Source: an uncultured Propionivibrio sp.
GTDB taxonomy: Bacteria; Pseudomonadota; Gammaproteobacteria; Burkholderiales; Rhodocyclaceae
Length of the DNA: 64,000 nucleotides
Assembly: GCA_964485725.1 (NCBI GenBank)
Contig: CAZALA010000003.1
Coordinates: 537 to 64,536 of the forward strand
Direction of reading: 5' to 3'
Below the pieces are notes generated by a model. It did not search any database. It worked only from the letters and a program-made list of their open reading frames with translations, and was not told the DNA's origin. Shown here piece after piece: positions 19,377-29,347 of this stretch (within the stretch, counting starts at the first letter, position 1; every line of letters starts with the position of its first letter). The translations under genes and the position numbers were made by a program.

Positions 19377-19849
19377 TCGGCAGTACCTTCTGCCAGATGC
19401 TCATTGAGAGCATCACGTGCGATACCCTTCATCGTTTCGGCAAGGCGTTCGCGATATTCACTCTGGTTAAATACCCTAAACGGCAGCAGGCCAAAATACT
19501 GGTGATACACATCGAGTATTTGCTGCTCCTCTGGTTGAAGGGCGAGGCTACTAATTGCGTCAGTCAGGAGTTCCATATCAAGCTTCAGCTTTTCACCATT
19601 CTTCTCTTCCAGCCTGGTGAACAGTAGAACGAGCAACTCTGCCTGACTCATGCGAGTCAGTTGAGCAAAGGGACGAAGCTTCTCAAGAGAAATCTTTGCT
19701 TGGTCATTATCAGAGGTCCAATTGGACAGGCAGGACGAGGAAATTTCGAGGCACATATAAAGTTGCTTGCGGGTTAGAGCGTATTCGCGCTCTGCCCTAG
19801 CAACAAAACTCATCACTTGCTTCCAAGACGGGTCATAAGACTTTGTCAT
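19373..19849 (-). CDS. Putative HTH DNA-binding protein
   Basis: LTRKQLYMCLEISSSCLSNW XRE-like pattern; GAAGGA RBS; overlaps the start of the UDG-like gene (ATGA). Confidence 0.55.
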   Translation of the reverse strand: MTKSYDPSWKQVMSFVARAEREYALTRKQLYMCLEISSSCLSNWTSDNDQAKISLEKLRPFAQLTRMSQAELLVLLFTRLEEKNGEKLKLDMELLTDAISSLALQPEEQQILDVYHQYFGLLPFRVFNQSEYRERLAETMKGIARDALNEHLAEGTAE

Positions 19850-19959
19850 AAGCTTCCTTCCTATTCAGTAATGTCCGACCATTATAGGAAGAATGCCGCT
19901 TGATGCGCTTGAGCATGTTGTCAGCTATCGCTTAACTGCCAAATGCTCAGCGTGTCAGG

Positions 19960-22900
19960 CTATTCAGCGGGGGCGATAGCCACTTCGCTGCATCCTGGCT
20001 TAGTGACCTGCGTTCGGATTGGCGAATCTGCTTCGGCTGCTGCTTGCCAATCTTTGACCGCTTGTACGCACTCGGGAAGTCGGTCTCGAATCTCGTAGAC
20101 CCAAAATCGTTTAACTTCCCACCCGAGCTCAATTAGCCGCTGATTTCGCAACTGGTCGCGAAGACACAACTCACCAGTCCAGCTTCGATGGTATTTCTCC
20201 CCATCAACCTCAATATTCAATCGTCGGTCGCCGACAATCAGCGCAAAGTCCAAGTCGTACTGTTCAACAGAGAACTGGGGGATTGCTCGAATGCCAGCCT
20301 GATAGAGCGTCTTGTATAAGACAATCTCCCAGCTCGATACTTGTTCAGGCTTCGCGACCGCAGGGTACTCGGCGGTTAATGGCGTTTCTGCTCGGTCCTT
20401 GGCTACGGGAGACTGTGCGGTCAACTTAGACGCGTAGGCGGCAAAATCAGCGAGGTAAGTCACATCACAATTCCTCGCCGCTGTCAGGCTACCAACCACA
20501 TGCAACAGTCCACGAGCTCGAGTAATCGCGACATTGAAAAGGTTTCCATTTGAACGGAGGAAGCTCAGGGCACCCGCTGGGGTTTCGTCAGAGATGACGG
20601 GTGAGAACATCATCACATCACGTTCGTCTCCTTGGAATTTGTGAACAGTATCTACAAGCAATTGAGCTTTCAGCGCCACCCCAGACAATTCGCTGCTGTC
20701 GGCTACGCTTTTCTGAATGAGCTGGGCCTGTGCCCTGAACGGAGTTACTACTCCGACCGTTCCCTCGTACTTGCGAACCACCAGTAAGTCATGAAGAGCT
20801 TCGATAACGGCCTCAACTTCCTTGGGGTTGGAGATTCCTCCACCTACAGCCCGAATCGTTCTTCCCTTCACATCCTGCCAAATAACGCCGGGGCCCTTGT
20901 TGCTCGGCCGTTTTAACTGTGCGTATCGCGTGGCCACGCGCAAGTTCCCGTTGTAGAAATGATGATTTGAGAACTCAATGATGTCGCCGTGTGACCTGTG
21001 GTGGTCGAGCAGATTAACGATGTCCGATGCGCTAGCCACACTTGCCGCCACGTCATATAGTGAATTCACCGAGTACATCCAAGACGCCCGTGAGTCGAGC
21101 AGACCATACTTCTTTTGTAGTTCGATTTCCTTCTTCTTCGTTACGCTGCTGATATGCCGAAGCTGCATGGGGTCACCAATAATCACGGCACGTTTTGCCC
21201 TAAAGAGCAGTGGCAAGGCCGAGGCAATATCACACTGGCTGGCTTCATCGATAACAACGAGGTCAAAGTATCCGGGAACAAATGGAATCTTTCCGCGCGC
21301 GGAAAGCGAAGTCACCGCCCAGCAGGAAAACAGCGCGGTGACTCTTTGCTGGAGTGCCTTTGCTTTGGCACGTATGCTCCCATTCACAAGATGGCTGTCA
21401 GGACCGGACAAGAGCTGCAGTACAGCGGCATAATCTGCGACATCCTTACGTTGCGCTGGCGTCAGCCTGGATGGAGTCATCTGCACCCAATTCCGCCACA
21501 ACCCGATGGAGTTTCGAGCTATTTGTTCGGTTAGGTCTTGATGCTGTTCCGCAATATCTTCAAACGAAGGGCTCGCACGCAGTACTTCTAGCGCGCGCTG
21601 GTAAGCGATAATTTTCGTTGCCGCGCTTAACCGAATGGAGATTGTTCTTGCTGCTTCACGCATCAAATCTAAATCGGGATTCAGGCCGACATCTGGCAGG
21701 GTTGCACCAAGATGACGGGCAATGGGCATCACCTTTGCGCATTCCCTGGTCAAGTTCGCCAAACGAGAATTCTTGAGGAGGCCTCCTACGGCTTTGCCAA
21801 AGAGTCCCTTGCCTGAAACATCCAGCTTATCCACCGCCGGCAGAAACGCTTGAATAGAAATGATTGCTGTCTCAAGAACCTTACCGTCCAGGGTATTGAA
21901 ACGTTCCTGGCCGAAGAGCACCCGGTACTCGTCAACTTGCGCGCTTAACTGGTCAGCCTGATTGCGCGCACTTAACGTTCTTTGCTGCACTGCGTCGAGA
22001 TTTTTGAGCCGCGCGGCCAGCTGGCGATGTCGCTCCAGGCCCTCCTGGTAATTGGTTTCATCGTCTCCGCTAATGGCGCCTGAAAGCATCGCGGTCAAGT
22101 AGCTGGACAGTTTGCCTTGATATTCTTTGGAGCCCAACCGAAGCAATACAGGCCGGTTACCCAGCCCGTTAACGCGAGCCTCTACGACGTCTACTGCCTT
22201 ATTGTTCTTACTGGCAAACAGAACCTTCATGCCTCGCCAGGCAGCATTAGCCAATAAGTTGGTCACCACCTGAGATTTTCCCGTCCCCGGTGGCCCCGTA
22301 ACTACGGTAATCGACTCCGACAACGCTGAGCGGACGGCTGCGCGCTGCTCCGAGTTCATCGGTAGAACTTCAATAAGCGGGTCGTCTGTCGCCCCCGCAG
22401 GTGCCGTAAAATCGCCTGACAGCCACCGGCCCAAGGCAGTGTCGCCAAGCTCCGAATCCGACATTTCGGAAACTTGCTTGAGTTCCGCTTCCAATCCTTG
22501 CGTATACGGGGACCGTTTGCCAGAAAGTACAATTGCACGGTTGTAAATACCGGCCTGAGTGAATTTGGCCAAGGGCTCGCCGGCGGAGCACCTTTCCGGG
22601 TCAATCTCTTCGAGCCAGTCCCAGTCAGGGCGAACTGCCGCCAATCGCTGGAGCAATTCATCGACTTCCGGCTGGTCTTCAACAGGAAGATTTAATCCTA
22701 GGCTATTGTCAAGTCGAGCTGCTTCCTCGACTACAGCCGAGGGGTCTCCCATTCCCAAACTGCGGAGAAATGCAAAGTTGGGTGTGGGCAGTCCATCTAT
22801 TAGCCGGAGCGCATCTTCTCCATACTCCGGCAGTTCGATTTGCCAAAGCATTACCGGCTCAACGAAGTAGCCTTCCCATTTAGCGGTACGGTGTCTTCTC

Positions 22901-23391
22901 AGCCGTACCGGGTACCCAAGCCATGCAATCAGGTTGGCTTTGTCCGCTTTGACTTTTCCCACGATACGCTGGACACCGGGGGTGTTCCACCAATCCCAGT
23001 CAGTTCCAGCCAACGGTAATGCAGGAAGTTCGGCGTAATCGGGTTCGCCATACAAGGACGAAGCAAAGGCGTTAACACCCTCGTCGCTGTCTTGCCCGAT
23101 GCACTCTAGGTAATAGCGACCTAACCTGCCGATTTCGGTTAGGGCTTTCGCTGGGCTGCTTTCAGTTTTTTGAACTGGAATCCCTTGTGTGTGTATCCTC
23201 CATCGATACTCTGAATCCTGGGTGACCTTTCCTGTCAGTTCACTAGTCAAGCAGCGGTTTATTACGCGACGTTCAACACCGAGTGTTGTCGCCAAATCGA
23301 CCGCCTTTGCTCCAGGCTTACGCCCAAGCTCGGCGAGGATGCTGTCCGCTAGCGTCGGGGGACCCTCTACCTCGATTTCGTGCGATGTCAT
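19960..23391 (-). CDS. SF1 (DNA2/NAM7-like) helicase with N-terminal winged helix and C-terminal DUF559/Vsr-like nuclease
   Basis: GPPGTGKS, VVIDEASQ, GDPMQL, HHRS, TVHKFQGDE, NVAITRAR; C-terminal LDFA..IEVDGEKYH..RDQLRN..L..LGW. Confidence 0.88.
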   Translation of the reverse strand: MTSHEIEVEGPPTLADSILAELGRKPGAKAVDLATTLGVERRVINRCLTSELTGKVTQDSEYRWRIHTQGIPVQKTESSPAKALTEIGRLGRYYLECIGQDSDEGVNAFASSLYGEPDYAELPALPLAGTDWDWWNTPGVQRIVGKVKADKANLIAWLGYPVRLRRHRTAKWEGYFVEPVMLWQIELPEYGEDALRLIDGLPTPNFAFLRSLGMGDPSAVVEEAARLDNSLGLNLPVEDQPEVDELLQRLAAVRPDWDWLEEIDPERCSAGEPLAKFTQAGIYNRAIVLSGKRSPYTQGLEAELKQVSEMSDSELGDTALGRWLSGDFTAPAGATDDPLIEVLPMNSEQRAAVRSALSESITVVTGPPGTGKSQVVTNLLANAAWRGMKVLFASKNNKAVDVVEARVNGLGNRPVLLRLGSKEYQGKLSSYLTAMLSGAISGDDETNYQEGLERHRQLAARLKNLDAVQQRTLSARNQADQLSAQVDEYRVLFGQERFNTLDGKVLETAIISIQAFLPAVDKLDVSGKGLFGKAVGGLLKNSRLANLTRECAKVMPIARHLGATLPDVGLNPDLDLMREAARTISIRLSAATKIIAYQRALEVLRASPSFEDIAEQHQDLTEQIARNSIGLWRNWVQMTPSRLTPAQRKDVADYAAVLQLLSGPDSHLVNGSIRAKAKALQQRVTALFSCWAVTSLSARGKIPFVPGYFDLVVIDEASQCDIASALPLLFRAKRAVIIGDPMQLRHISSVTKKKEIELQKKYGLLDSRASWMYSVNSLYDVAASVASASDIVNLLDHHRSHGDIIEFSNHHFYNGNLRVATRYAQLKRPSNKGPGVIWQDVKGRTIRAVGGGISNPKEVEAVIEALHDLLVVRKYEGTVGVVTPFRAQAQLIQKSVADSSELSGVALKAQLLVDTVHKFQGDERDVMMFSPVISDETPAGALSFLRSNGNLFNVAITRARGLLHVVGSLTAARNCDVTYLADFAAYASKLTAQSPVAKDRAETPLTAEYPAVAKPEQVSSWEIVLYKTLYQAGIRAIPQFSVEQYDLDFALIVGDRRLNIEVDGEKYHRSWTGELCLRDQLRNQRLIELGWEVKRFWVYEIRDRLPECVQAVKDWQAAAEADSPIRTQVTKPGCSEVAIAPAE

Positions 23392-23413
23392 AGTAGTCGC
23401 TGCCGCTTAATTG

Positions 23414-26400
23414 TTACTTCTCAATGCGAATATAGAAAACGCGCGTTTCATTCCGGTCGTCCATCAGAAAATCGACGCCTCCCGTAAGGAAGTAGCGATG
23501 CAACTCTTCGCAGCCTTCGGCTGAAATCGTCGTGATATCTACTTCGCGGTCGTGGAACGGTTTGCCGCCCCCTTTTAGTGGAACGACCTCTACGTTTCTT
23601 TTCAAGAAGCCGAGGGGCTCCAGAAGGTCATTCACTCGACGCTCTACATCGAGGTAGAACTCGACGTAGCCATCTTTGTCTTTGTTCTCACGACAACGGA
23701 CATAAAGTTCATCGACTGTATTAGCGGCCGAGTGCATGTACGCAAGAAAGGACTTCAACTTTCCGGCACTGGTCACGGTCCCGCAGTAGGGGTCGCGGAT
23801 TTCGATTTTCTTGACGTGTGCTAGCTGAATTGCGGCAAATATCTTCCCAAGGTGACGGTCAGAACCCCGGGAAATTTCCCACATCTGCATGCGTTCGCCC
23901 TCTTGTAAGCATTGGTTGTCGTAAGAAATCGCCCCCGAGACAACCTTGCTCAAGAGTTCACCTACAACTGGGTCGACGACGCCGATATCTGCGGGTGCCG
24001 AGATGATGCGTTCCAGCAACGACTGAACCGCAAAGTGCTGTCGTACGATTGGGGAGCCAATTGAAGTTCCCACAAAGACTCGGGGCAGAGATTCCCACTC
24101 CTTTGCCAACGGCGCAGGTAGCGCGGAAATCTTCAGGCGACCTTCCGTTACATAGGGGTGAAGCCTCCGATAAACGGTGAGCGGCGCGTGTGCTCTTGGC
24201 TTTTCATCGAGCTTATTGGAAAGATAGACATTGAGCGATTTTCCGCTTTGCAGCCACGCAATAACTTGACCCACGGCTTCCTCAGAAAAACCATTCACAT
24301 CCACCAAGCTGCGCGCCACAAAATTGATGGTTTGAAAGTTTTCCAAGCGTTCCGCAAGTCCGCCCAAGCTTGGCGACTTCCACCGCACGTAGCTGCCCGG
24401 CCCTTCCTCATCCGCATCCGCATTCCCCAGCTTGTCCAGCCAGGCGAGCGCAGTTTTCCTATCGAAACCATCCCAGTGACTTTGATTGCTGTAGTCGCAC
24501 AAGCAGGTACGGCAGCCCGACTCGCATTGTGCCTCGCAGTCGAGGCGCCGACGCGCTTCGGCAACCAGCCTGTCAAACGAATAGCCGGGTTCACCAATGC
24601 GCGCGCAGTACCCTGCACCGCCGGGAACTGCGTCATATAGGATGACTTCAAGGCGTTTGCCTTGGGAACCGTAGAGTCGATAGATGGCCCGCACTTCTCC
24701 TGGATAAAGCTCGAGCAACTTGGTGACCGCCAGGCGGAAGGCTTCGGCTAGAGTACGGGCGACGCGGTCATGGAAGCCACGCGGGCTAATCTCTGGTGAT
24801 TCTGGGTCCGGCAACTCGTTTATGAACCTGAACAGCCGAACATCAGTGTCAAATCGGTGCGCAAAATCGAGCCCCATCGAAGACATCTTTGAGTGCGTGC
24901 ACTTGGAGCCAGATTGGGGGTCGACGTGGTCGACCTTCTCCTCGGTGAGCACGGTCTTCCCGGGTTTCCCGGACGCTTTTGCCGGCGGCTTCTTTGCCTT
25001 GATTGGTTCGCAATAGTTGCAGAAGCTACAACGGTGATAGCCCTCACCGTAAGCGCCACGGTTAGCGATAAACAACGACCCTTTGATTTCTCCCGCCTGC
25101 GCGGGCTTGGCGCTCAAGAGCGCAGTAATCAAAAAGGGAAGTCCAGATTCTGTAAAGATGTCATCGCGAGGAGCTGCTATCAGCTTCGCTTCATCCGCAG
25201 GCTTTACCCGCCGCCGATTCGAGCCAGGGTCTCGGCCTTTCTTTTCAGCAAGGCTCGTGACGAAACCGTGGGGCTCTATAAACTTTCGCCTCCTGCGAGC
25301 GTCGGTCGAACCGCAATTGCTACAGGCTGGGGGAACGTCCTCGGGGCCATCGCCAATATCCACATGGAAGCACTCCGCGCATGCGACATACCATCGCTCC
25401 GGCATAAACGCCTTTGGATAGTGGGCTAGACCCTTGCTTTCCCATATCCGTCCATTGGCAATGACTTCGGAGCCGGGTGCATATTCACTAATACCCAGCG
25501 AAGCATCTCGTGACATAACAACGTCGGATTGGTTACCGAAACTGTTGCGTCGAAACTCGGTCATCACCTCAAGACTTAGCGAATGAACCGGGAAACTGTA
25601 CGTGGGAATCAGTCCTCGCTTGGAAAGTTGGTCCACCAGCAACTGGTCCATGAAATCCTCACGCATACCCTGCCAATACTTGGCTTTCCCGTAGTCGGGG
25701 ACGGAGGCAGCCTCGTTCATTTTCTCGGTATATTTTTCAAAACGCTCGCATACTTCTTCAGCGAATTCGCGAATCGCCCCAGAAAAGCTGTTTCGGAGAT
25801 ATATGCCGCGGGCCCCAATACTTCTCACGGCCTCCGGGAGCAGTTCAATGAGCCTTTCGGCTTCAGAAATTGCCTCTTCTCCTTGCGGCGATTCAAACCA
25901 CTGCAACAAATCTTCCGTGAAAACGGCGAGTTCGGCTCTTGCGAACTCAGGGACGAATAGGTGCTTAAGCGACGGAGCATTGATGCTCAGGTCCGTAACC
26001 CGCTTCCTCAAGTAATGCGACAACACAGCCGAAAACTGATGTCTCTTGAACAGCTCTTGATTGTCCAGGTGGATAAACGGTGTTCCGGGACTCGATGCAA
26101 GGTAAGCAGGGAAGTTGCGCACCGTCGCTTGGTCAAAATTAGTGTTTCTTGCGACCGTGACACAAAATGGCGCTGCCTGCGCCCGACGGCCGGCACGACC
26201 CGTGCGCTGTTGGTAGTTTGCGATTCCAGGAGGGACGTTCAGGTTGACTACCGCTTCCAGGTCGCCGAGGTCGACCCCCATTTCCATGGTGGTCGTGCAG
26301 CTGAGGAGGTTTATCTTTCGGTCTGCAAATTCTCGCTCGATGCCCTCGCGCAAACTCGTAGATAACGCGGCGGTGTGCTCCTGAGCCCTGACCGGAGCAT

Positions 26401-29347
26401 GGTTTGTCTCTTCATATGAAGCCAAGTAATGGTTGGCGCTTCGCAGTCTGTCTCGTTCTTCACCTGACAGCTCCACTACCGACCCACGACAATTGAAAGC
26501 AGTGCATTTATTCCCGACAACATGCTGTTGCATGAGTCCGCAACTTGTGCAGACGTAGAGCGGTTGGGAGTCACCATTGGCAAGGCGTATCAGGTCTCCG
26601 TTTAATGCGAAGCCAGGAGAGCGGCTCTCGAGAAAAGAAATCGGTGGTTTAACCAATGCTTCCCAAACTTGTCGCAAGAACAGGTCGGCCGTTTCTCTTG
26701 TAAGCCCCAGTTGCTCGACCAAATACCAGGTGCGGCGATTATGCCGTTTAGGCGCTGAAACCCATCGTAATCTGACTTTTGAGTCTCCGTTTTCTGGGTC
26801 AAAGCTCCGATGCCCGCTGTAAACTTTTCCCCAAATGGTCGGGTCGGTTAGGTCCACTCCCGCGAACTTTGACAAGGCCTTTTCCCTACGAATCGACTCC
26901 AAAAAGATATGCATCAATGAGAGTTGGGCACCTTCGCCAGGCGGTAATTCTTTGGGCCAAAAAGCCGAAACCTTCTTGACCAGCATTCGGAGTCGCGGCT
27001 CGTCGTAGGTTACAGCGACAACGCCTAACGCCTCGACAGAAGTGCGCCGACCACCTGGAGTGCAGAGCTCTACGCCGAGAGCGCCGAGAAGGATAGCGAT
27101 GACCTCCTGTCTGTCCTCGCAGATATCCCCTTCCGCGTTGAGCAGCAGCGCTTTTTGACCGTCGCGTTGCCAGTACTGATAAACATACTCGGCTAGCTGT
27201 CTTACTGTCACTGAAGCGCTTCTGTCCTTCAGGGCATTCCGTATCGCACTGCGAGTCGCGATAGCAGTGGCCGTGCGCTGAAAATACGGCGCAAAGAAGG
27301 CAGCATCTTGTCGGTTGTCGGAAAACGCGAGAAGGTTTCTTCCCTGAGCGGGGCGATAGTTATAGTGGTCAATTTGGGTTGGAGGAAGAGCTTCGAGAAC
27401 GCGTTGAGTCACGACGCTGCCTAGCGCTTCATTGCCCGGGTGCATCCGCGTGACGACCTCAGTTTCAGAACCGGCGGCGCGACCTCCACAAGCAGGACAT
27501 TTCATTACGTACCAGACCTTCTCTTGCTCATCCTGTTCGGTCTGAATTGCATAGAGCGCCACCGCGCCCTCAGTTGGGCCTAGCTGACCTGTTTTCACGT
27601 CAAGCCAGGACTTTGCGTATACCTTCCCGGAACTGGTCTCAGCCTCGGCCTCATCCTCCTCGTCTTCGACATGCCCGACAGGATTCCCCAGCCAGAAGAC
27701 CCGTCTCTCTCCACGAGTTTCGCCATCGGTCTGCTGACGATTAAATAGGTAGCCCCCCGCTTCATAACCCTCCAGGTAAGGCTGACCGCACTTACGACAG
27801 GTGAGCAAGGGGAAATACGCCCCGCTTTCATCCGAATAGGTTCGGGCGGCCCTTAGCTTCGACCAGCCTTCTTCCTCGCCCGACGGCTGAACCGCCAGGC
27901 CTTCAATGCTGTTTACAGCCATGTGGTATCGGCCAGGCAACAGCGGAAAACCAGAGTCATCCGCCCGGCCCAGCATACCCAGGCGAATTACGGCGCTAAG
28001 GGCGGCGTACCGAGATTCAGGGGTCGTCTTTTCCACGGGAGAATCAAAAACAAGATTCGCCAAGCCTTTGAAACTTTGAACTCCTTTGTTGTCGAGGCAA
28101 GCGGCAAGTCGCCGAACCTCGCGGTTTCGAGCAAAGCGCTCTTCAAGGAATTTCGAGATGGGCATCCCTTGGATACCTCGCAACTCGGAATTAGTCAGTC
28201 CTTTATCTTCAACGTAGGAATTCCAGACTTCAGTAGTTTTGTCCTCTTCGGGTAGCTTTACGATTTCTTCGAGAATGGTGCCAATGGCGCCCCACTCAAA
28301 GCTGGTCAGGGCAAATTCGACTTTTGTTGGTGCTGCCAAGCGTTCATGTACGATGCGCTTTCCGCGAATAACTTCGTGGATGACTTCGCCAAAAAGGTCC
28401 CCACCAAACGCCTTAAGTTTTTCGTCGGCATCCGCGCCCTCGGATAAGCTGGCGCTGGTACCGAACACCTGCACCGGCTGATTTATGCGGAGTCTGTTCT
28501 TAAGTTTTCGCAGAAGAAAAGCAACTTCGGTCGCTTGGGCACCGTGATATGTATGTATTTCATCTAAGACAATGAAGCGCAGGGCGTTCGCCGAAAACAG
28601 GCGCTCATTGCGTGGCAGAAGTAGCAGGTGCTCCAACATTGCATAGTTCGTGATTAATACCTGAGGTGGGTCCTTAAGCATTTCCTCTCGGGTCAGCATC
28701 CAGTTGGATGGAATGACATCAGGATTCCCCAGCGCATCCATGAGCTTCGGATTGTTTAGAAGCTTATCTTCTTCCTCCGAACGCCTGACGTTTGCCTTTA
28801 CTTGGCCTGTGTACCGACCAAACGTTATTCCGTGTTCTCGCAAGTAGCACCCGAACAGCGGCGCAATGCGGTAATAGAGCTGGTCGTTGGCCAGCGCGTT
28901 CATGGGATAAATCAGTAGCGCACGAACACCTGGCTTATTTGGCTCCGGGTCTGATAGAAGTTGGTCCGCGATGGGATACAAGAAGCTTTCTGTCTTACCG
29001 CTACCCGTACCGGTCGCCACCAAAATCCCTTCGTGCTTCTGGCACGCGTGCTCAAGCGCCTGTTGTTGGTGAAGGTGGAGCTTGCGTGCAGCTGTAGGCA
29101 AGCAGCCTAAAGAATCGTGAAGGAACCCGCCATTCTTCCGCAGCAACGCTTCCAGCGACTCACCTTTTTCAAAATCGGGAAGTGCCTCAACGTACGGGCC
29201 CTCAACAAGCGCTTGCTGTTTGAGTAGGCTAACAAACTCTGCCGCCAGTCTCGGGTAGCGCCGACTGATGGGCAGTGTGGTCGAGATATATCGCTGAAGA
29301 ACGTTCCTTAGGTCTTCAACAAGAGCAATCGGACTGGCATCGTTCAT
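23414..29347 (-). CDS. Giant DEAD/DEAH (SF2) helicase with DUF1998 Zn domain, DruE-like; C-terminal PLD/MIT_C-like domain
   Basis: TGTGSGKTE, YPMNALANDQ, LDEIH, TTTMEMGVD, QRTGRAGRR, YDAVPGGAG..C..C...CRTCL, several CxxC pairs, terminal IRDPY...FHDRE. Confidence 0.85.
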   Translation of the reverse strand: MNDASPIALVEDLRNVLQRYISTTLPISRRYPRLAAEFVSLLKQQALVEGPYVEALPDFEKGESLEALLRKNGGFLHDSLGCLPTAARKLHLHQQQALEHACQKHEGILVATGTGSGKTESFLYPIADQLLSDPEPNKPGVRALLIYPMNALANDQLYYRIAPLFGCYLREHGITFGRYTGQVKANVRRSEEEDKLLNNPKLMDALGNPDVIPSNWMLTREEMLKDPPQVLITNYAMLEHLLLLPRNERLFSANALRFIVLDEIHTYHGAQATEVAFLLRKLKNRLRINQPVQVFGTSASLSEGADADEKLKAFGGDLFGEVIHEVIRGKRIVHERLAAPTKVEFALTSFEWGAIGTILEEIVKLPEEDKTTEVWNSYVEDKGLTNSELRGIQGMPISKFLEERFARNREVRRLAACLDNKGVQSFKGLANLVFDSPVEKTTPESRYAALSAVIRLGMLGRADDSGFPLLPGRYHMAVNSIEGLAVQPSGEEEGWSKLRAARTYSDESGAYFPLLTCRKCGQPYLEGYEAGGYLFNRQQTDGETRGERRVFWLGNPVGHVEDEEDEAEAETSSGKVYAKSWLDVKTGQLGPTEGAVALYAIQTEQDEQEKVWYVMKCPACGGRAAGSETEVVTRMHPGNEALGSVVTQRVLEALPPTQIDHYNYRPAQGRNLLAFSDNRQDAAFFAPYFQRTATAIATRSAIRNALKDRSASVTVRQLAEYVYQYWQRDGQKALLLNAEGDICEDRQEVIAILLGALGVELCTPGGRRTSVEALGVVAVTYDEPRLRMLVKKVSAFWPKELPPGEGAQLSLMHIFLESIRREKALSKFAGVDLTDPTIWGKVYSGHRSFDPENGDSKVRLRWVSAPKRHNRRTWYLVEQLGLTRETADLFLRQVWEALVKPPISFLESRSPGFALNGDLIRLANGDSQPLYVCTSCGLMQQHVVGNKCTAFNCRGSVVELSGEERDRLRSANHYLASYEETNHAPVRAQEHTAALSTSLREGIEREFADRKINLLSCTTTMEMGVDLGDLEAVVNLNVPPGIANYQQRTGRAGRRAQAAPFCVTVARNTNFDQATVRNFPAYLASSPGTPFIHLDNQELFKRHQFSAVLSHYLRKRVTDLSINAPSLKHLFVPEFARAELAVFTEDLLQWFESPQGEEAISEAERLIELLPEAVRSIGARGIYLRNSFSGAIREFAEEVCERFEKYTEKMNEAASVPDYGKAKYWQGMREDFMDQLLVDQLSKRGLIPTYSFPVHSLSLEVMTEFRRNSFGNQSDVVMSRDASLGISEYAPGSEVIANGRIWESKGLAHYPKAFMPERWYVACAECFHVDIGDGPEDVPPACSNCGSTDARRRRKFIEPHGFVTSLAEKKGRDPGSNRRRVKPADEAKLIAAPRDDIFTESGLPFLITALLSAKPAQAGEIKGSLFIANRGAYGEGYHRCSFCNYCEPIKAKKPPAKASGKPGKTVLTEEKVDHVDPQSGSKCTHSKMSSMGLDFAHRFDTDVRLFRFINELPDPESPEISPRGFHDRVARTLAEAFRLAVTKLLELYPGEVRAIYRLYGSQGKRLEVILYDAVPGGAGYCARIGEPGYSFDRLVAEARRRLDCEAQCESGCRTCLCDYSNQSHWDGFDRKTALAWLDKLGNADADEEGPGSYVRWKSPSLGGLAERLENFQTINFVARSLVDVNGFSEEAVGQVIAWLQSGKSLNVYLSNKLDEKPRAHAPLTVYRRLHPYVTEGRLKISALPAPLAKEWESLPRVFVGTSIGSPIVRQHFAVQSLLERIISAPADIGVVDPVVGELLSKVVSGAISYDNQCLQEGERMQMWEISRGSDRHLGKIFAAIQLAHVKKIEIRDPYCGTVTSAGKLKSFLAYMHSAANTVDELYVRCRENKDKDGYVEFYLDVERRVNDLLEPLGFLKRNVEVVPLKGGGKPFHDREVDITTISAEGCEELHRYFLTGGVDFLMDDRNETRVFYIRIEK

